Part shown: positions 61,160-64,000 of the stretch, in pieces
How the letters are laid out: each line of letters starts with the position of its first letter
Numbering within the stretch: position 1 is the first letter of the stretch
Source of the DNA: Thalassospira sp.
GTDB taxonomy: Bacteria; Pseudomonadota; Alphaproteobacteria; Rhodospirillales; Thalassospiraceae
Reading direction: 5' to 3'
Length of the DNA stretch: 64,000 bases
Assembly (NCBI RefSeq): GCF_030690045.1
Contig: NZ_JAUYHK010000009.1
Span: forward strand, 83,718-147,717
Notes under the pieces: generated by a model
Seen by the model: only the letters and a program-made list of their open reading frames with translations
The model's database searches: none
Told to the model about the DNA's origin: nothing
Made by a program: the position numbers and the translations under genes

Positions 61160-62608
61160 TCAGGATGCCTTGCGGCCCTTTTTTTCTTCAAGGCTGCGCA
61201 GGGCCGACATGCCGCGACGGCGCAACAGATCGGCTTCTTCGGGGCCGTCGATGATTTCAAGCAACCGCACGGTTCCCATCAGATTGCGCAGGGCATTGTC
61301 ATAATCCGCACCATCAAGGCGCGGGATACCGTCAATTCCCGCGCGTCCGACCTGATTAAGCTTTTTCTTCAGCTCGATCACCGCCTTGGTGGCCGAACTT
61401 TGCGCCGCAAGGATATGCGAAATCCGGGCGGTTTCGGCAATGGCTTCGGCCGATTGTTCGGCGGCCAGAATTTTTTCTTCATCAAACGGCAGGGCAAACA
61501 GCGGCACAATCGCCCGGCCCGGTGTTTGCGGCCCGCGCGGCGGTTGCGGCAGGGCATCAATGATCCGGTCCGGGCTGGCGCCAAACATGGTATCGGCCAT
61601 CGCCTGACTGACCCGCCGCCGGGTTTCCAGCAGTTTTTCACCCCACCGGCCATCCTTGCGGATGTTGAATTCGCGGGTAATCCGCACAAATTCCGAGGCA
61701 TACCACCGCGCCAGACCCAGAATTTCATGTTCGGCCTTGCCACTGGCCAGACCGGTTTCAATTTCATGGACGGTTTCGGCCAGAAGATCGATCACCAGAT
61801 CGCCGGTGGTTGCCAGATTGGTGGTCGAAATCGTGCGGTCATCGGCCTTGGACGACAAAACCCGGATCAGTTTGAACAATTCGCTGGGCCGCAACAGACG
61901 CGCCAGAACCGCCAACAGAAACACCGGCTCGAACCCCGGTTTTTCTGCCGACAGCCGCATGAAAATTTCCCGCAAATAGACCAGATCGGAATTGCCAAGG
62001 CTTCGGATCGGTGCGGTCGGGAAACGGGTGCGGACCTCCATGATTTCCTCGGCCACCCGCAAAATCCGCCCGACATCGCCAAAGGCCTTCAGATGCGCCC
62101 GTGCACCAAGGCGCGTGGCAAGGGCGCGTTCGGTTTTCACCCCGGATTCAGATTCCTGTATCGCCCTTTCAATGCATTCCGCCCCGCGTTTCCACATGCG
62201 GCGTTCGGCATTGTGCAATTTGTCCTCATCGCCCGCACTGGCCGCGGTTTCGATATCGCGCAGGGCTTCCTTGAACCCGTCATCCCCGCTTTCATTGACA
62301 ACATTCCAGATCGGCATCAGGGACGCCCGGCTGATGCGGATGCTTTTGTCACTGGGCGGGGCCGAAGACAGCAAATCCTCGAACGGGTCGCAAAACAGCC
62401 GCATCGGTGTCGGATAGCGGTCCGGTTTGAGGGATGCCAGACGCGGGCGCAAAATCTTTAAAATCTGGTCATGGGGCAACGGCAAACGCGGTGCCTTGCG
62501 GTCGCTTTCAATTGCGCGGGTAAATTTGGCAATTTCGGTCGCACTTAACGATGAAAACAATTCGCCAAGCTGCGATATGCCCATGTTTCCGGCGTCTTCA
62601 GGCTTCAT
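61160..62608 (-). CDS. Hypothetical protein, 482 aa, no recognisable family
   Basis: Long uninterrupted ORF with balanced composition. The antisense ORF (60827-62461) is Arg/Gly/His/Phe-rich junk that also crosses the GNAT gene boundary. Its start ATG overlaps the upstream stop. Confidence 0.6.
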   Translation of the reverse strand: MKPEDAGNMGISQLGELFSSLSATEIAKFTRAIESDRKAPRLPLPHDQILKILRPRLASLKPDRYPTPMRLFCDPFEDLLSSAPPSDKSIRISRASLMPIWNVVNESGDDGFKEALRDIETAASAGDEDKLHNAERRMWKRGAECIERAIQESESGVKTERALATRLGARAHLKAFGDVGRILRVAEEIMEVRTRFPTAPIRSLGNSDLVYLREIFMRLSAEKPGFEPVFLLAVLARLLRPSELFKLIRVLSSKADDRTISTTNLATTGDLVIDLLAETVHEIETGLASGKAEHEILGLARWYASEFVRITREFNIRKDGRWGEKLLETRRRVSQAMADTMFGASPDRIIDALPQPPRGPQTPGRAIVPLFALPFDEEKILAAEQSAEAIAETARISHILAAQSSATKAVIELKKKLNQVGRAGIDGIPRLDGADYDNALRNLMGTVRLLEIIDGPEEADLLRRRGMSALRSLEEKKGRKAS

Positions 62609-63807
62609 GCCGACTGCCTCCGGAACCGTTCCAGCCGGTCCACCATATCGGCGTCAATTTCGCCACTGCCCAGTTTGCGCAATTCATTGGCCCACAACAA
62701 TTGATTGACCCGGATATCGACCCAGAATTCATATTCGGCAGGGTCCAGTTCCTCAATCGGCAGGATCGGCACGAAACTGGCGATTTCTTCCAGAATTTCA
62801 CGCTGTTTGACCCGGTCAATACTCATGGCATAGCGCCAGCGCCCAATCAGTTCATCCCAGCCATCAAGCAACCACCATAACCGCGTCAGGCCGTCGCCAA
62901 TTTCCTTTTGCGCCTCGGTCCAGCGCGTCAGGACCTGCCCCAGATCCTTGTCCCAACGGTCGATCTTGCGCAACCAGCGGGTGGCATGTTCATGGGTGGC
63001 ATTGGCGGAATTGATCACGCGGGTCGCCATAAAGCGCGTATCGGCCAGTTCGGTGACCGACCATTCCTCGATCTCGGCGGCCAGTCGGGCCAGGGCGGAA
63101 ATCAGATCGCGCAGCGGCCCGGCACAACCCGCAATCGTCAGGCCCACCGGCGCTTTCAGGCGGCTCCATTCTTCCAGACTGTCAATCACCGAATCATTGG
63201 CCGCCCCGGCGGTCGCGGCAAACCGGTTCAGGGTTTGGCGGGCGGTTTTCTGGCCGCCCGGCGTTGCCAGATCGGCCATTTTCATGTCCTGCACATCCGG
63301 CCCGCCCACCTGTTTCAGGGCTTCGTAAACCAGTGTCAGTTGCCCGATTTCACGGACCTTGTTTTCATGCGCCTCGGCCTGGGCCGCCTCGCGGGCCAGA
63401 ACCACCCCGCCGACCCCGGTCAGGGTCACCTCGCGGGCGCAATTGCGCACGGTTTCGGGCGTGAAATCATACAGAACCATCAATTTGTCAAACAACATGC
63501 GGTCATGCACCGACAAATCGAACACTTCGCGCATGGTTTCAAACGGCATTTCATAGGTGCCAAGCCCGCCCGACAATCCCGGCAGGCTGACTTTCAGGCG
63601 CACCTTCGGGTCCCTGATCACGCGGGCAAAGCGCAGGGCCTTGGTCGTAAACGGTGTGCGCACCCCGCGCAAATCATACCGGGCGGGCAAATAGGCAAGC
63701 TGATCGGTGGTCGGGGCCTTGCCGCCGCCACCCGGTCTGGAACCAGTCCCTGCTTTTTTCGCAAGTTGTTTCGTCATCTTGTTATTCGACCAGCCCCGTT
63801 CAGACAC
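62605..63807 (-). CDS. Hypothetical protein, ~390-400 aa, no recognisable family
   Basis: Long ORF with a GTG start at 63807 or an ATG at 63777 (MTKQLAKKAG...). Basic Gly-rich N-terminal tail and a Trp-rich helical C-terminal half. Confidence 0.6.
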   Translation of the reverse strand: MSERGWSNNKMTKQLAKKAGTGSRPGGGGKAPTTDQLAYLPARYDLRGVRTPFTTKALRFARVIRDPKVRLKVSLPGLSGGLGTYEMPFETMREVFDLSVHDRMLFDKLMVLYDFTPETVRNCAREVTLTGVGGVVLAREAAQAEAHENKVREIGQLTLVYEALKQVGGPDVQDMKMADLATPGGQKTARQTLNRFAATAGAANDSVIDSLEEWSRLKAPVGLTIAGCAGPLRDLISALARLAAEIEEWSVTELADTRFMATRVINSANATHEHATRWLRKIDRWDKDLGQVLTRWTEAQKEIGDGLTRLWWLLDGWDELIGRWRYAMSIDRVKQREILEEIASFVPILPIEELDPAEYEFWVDIRVNQLLWANELRKLGSGEIDADMVDRLERFRRQSA

Positions 63808-63911
63808 GTTCCGCCATCAGAATACCTGCCAGTCCTTTATCTTTTGTTACAGGCACCCAAAACCCCCGGTTGCCTGCGCTGCATTGCATTACAGCCCGCA
63901 TCCCGATTAAT

Positions 63912-63932
63912 CTTGCGTATAGCTATTGCAAG
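63912..63932. promoter_or_regulatory. Near-perfect palindrome upstream of the unknown two-gene operon
   Basis: CTTGC-gt-ATAGCTAT-t-GCAAG, about 105 nt upstream of the first possible start codon. Confidence 0.25.
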
Positions 63933-64000
63933 AAGCCGCCGCAACGCAACCCAAAACAGACAAAGGCGGGCGCTAAAAACAGCCGTCCCGCCACGATACC

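Noticed and set aside
60827-62461. 544-aa plus-strand ORF opposite the unknown 482-aa gene.
   Set aside because: The translation is Arg/Gly/His/Phe-rich (FFFIKRQGKQRHNRPARCLRPARRLRQG). It also runs across the GNAT gene boundary and the intergenic gap. The minus-strand frames have balanced composition and a coupled ATGA junction, so the minus strand is taken as coding.
63700-63760. GGGGKA in the N-terminal tail of the 400-aa unknown protein, considered as a possible P-loop.
   Set aside because: It does not fit GxxxxGK[ST] (Ala follows Lys). It sits in a low-complexity basic tail with no Walker B downstream.

Overview
This looks like a chromosomal segment from an alphaproteobacterium. Supporting markers are GcrA, PhaR, the rplU-rpmA-obg-proB block and the DUF3035-lspA-ileS-ribF block. 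It is densely coding: about 65 protein genes, one tRNA-Ser(CGA), and no rRNA, CRISPR array, transposase, integrase or prophage genes that I can see. Main blocks, left to right:
- (1) phaR, an XRE regulator, proB-obg and rpmA-rplU.
- (2) tRNA-Ser, followed by a ~6.5 kb segment of visibly higher G+C. It carries regulator-plus-enzyme modules (TetR with two alpha/beta hydrolases; LysR with a quinone oxidoreductase; a WYL regulator with a DUF1761 protein). The modules are separated by diverged copies of one ~70-100 nt repeat.
- (3) A seven-gene LacI-controlled operon that couples a PotD-type ABC importer to a nucleoside hydrolase and an adenine deaminase.
- (4) mntR plus a SitABCD-type Mn/Fe importer, with an extra secreted HExxH protein and a fused DUF2218/siderophore-interacting reductase.
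- (5) Housekeeping genes: mutL, two M16 peptidases, lspA, ileS, ribF.
- (6) An RsbQ/KAI2-like hydrolase with a MaoC dehydratase and a fatty-acid hydroxylase, then a run of small unknown genes, NnrU, gcrA and cpdB.
- (7) An MFS transporter, a truncated AraC, a DMT transporter, a ParDE toxin-antitoxin pair and panE.
- (8) A C-N hydrolase with a PotFGHI-like importer, then gcdR with gcdH and a CoA-transferase.
- (9) A translationally coupled pair of large proteins (400 and 482 aa) that I cannot assign to any family, followed by a GNAT.

The best candidates for something undescribed are that unknown pair, the repeat-partitioned tRNA-Ser island, and the unusual nucleoside-salvage transporter operon. 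All functional calls rest on motif recognition by eye. No database search was run.
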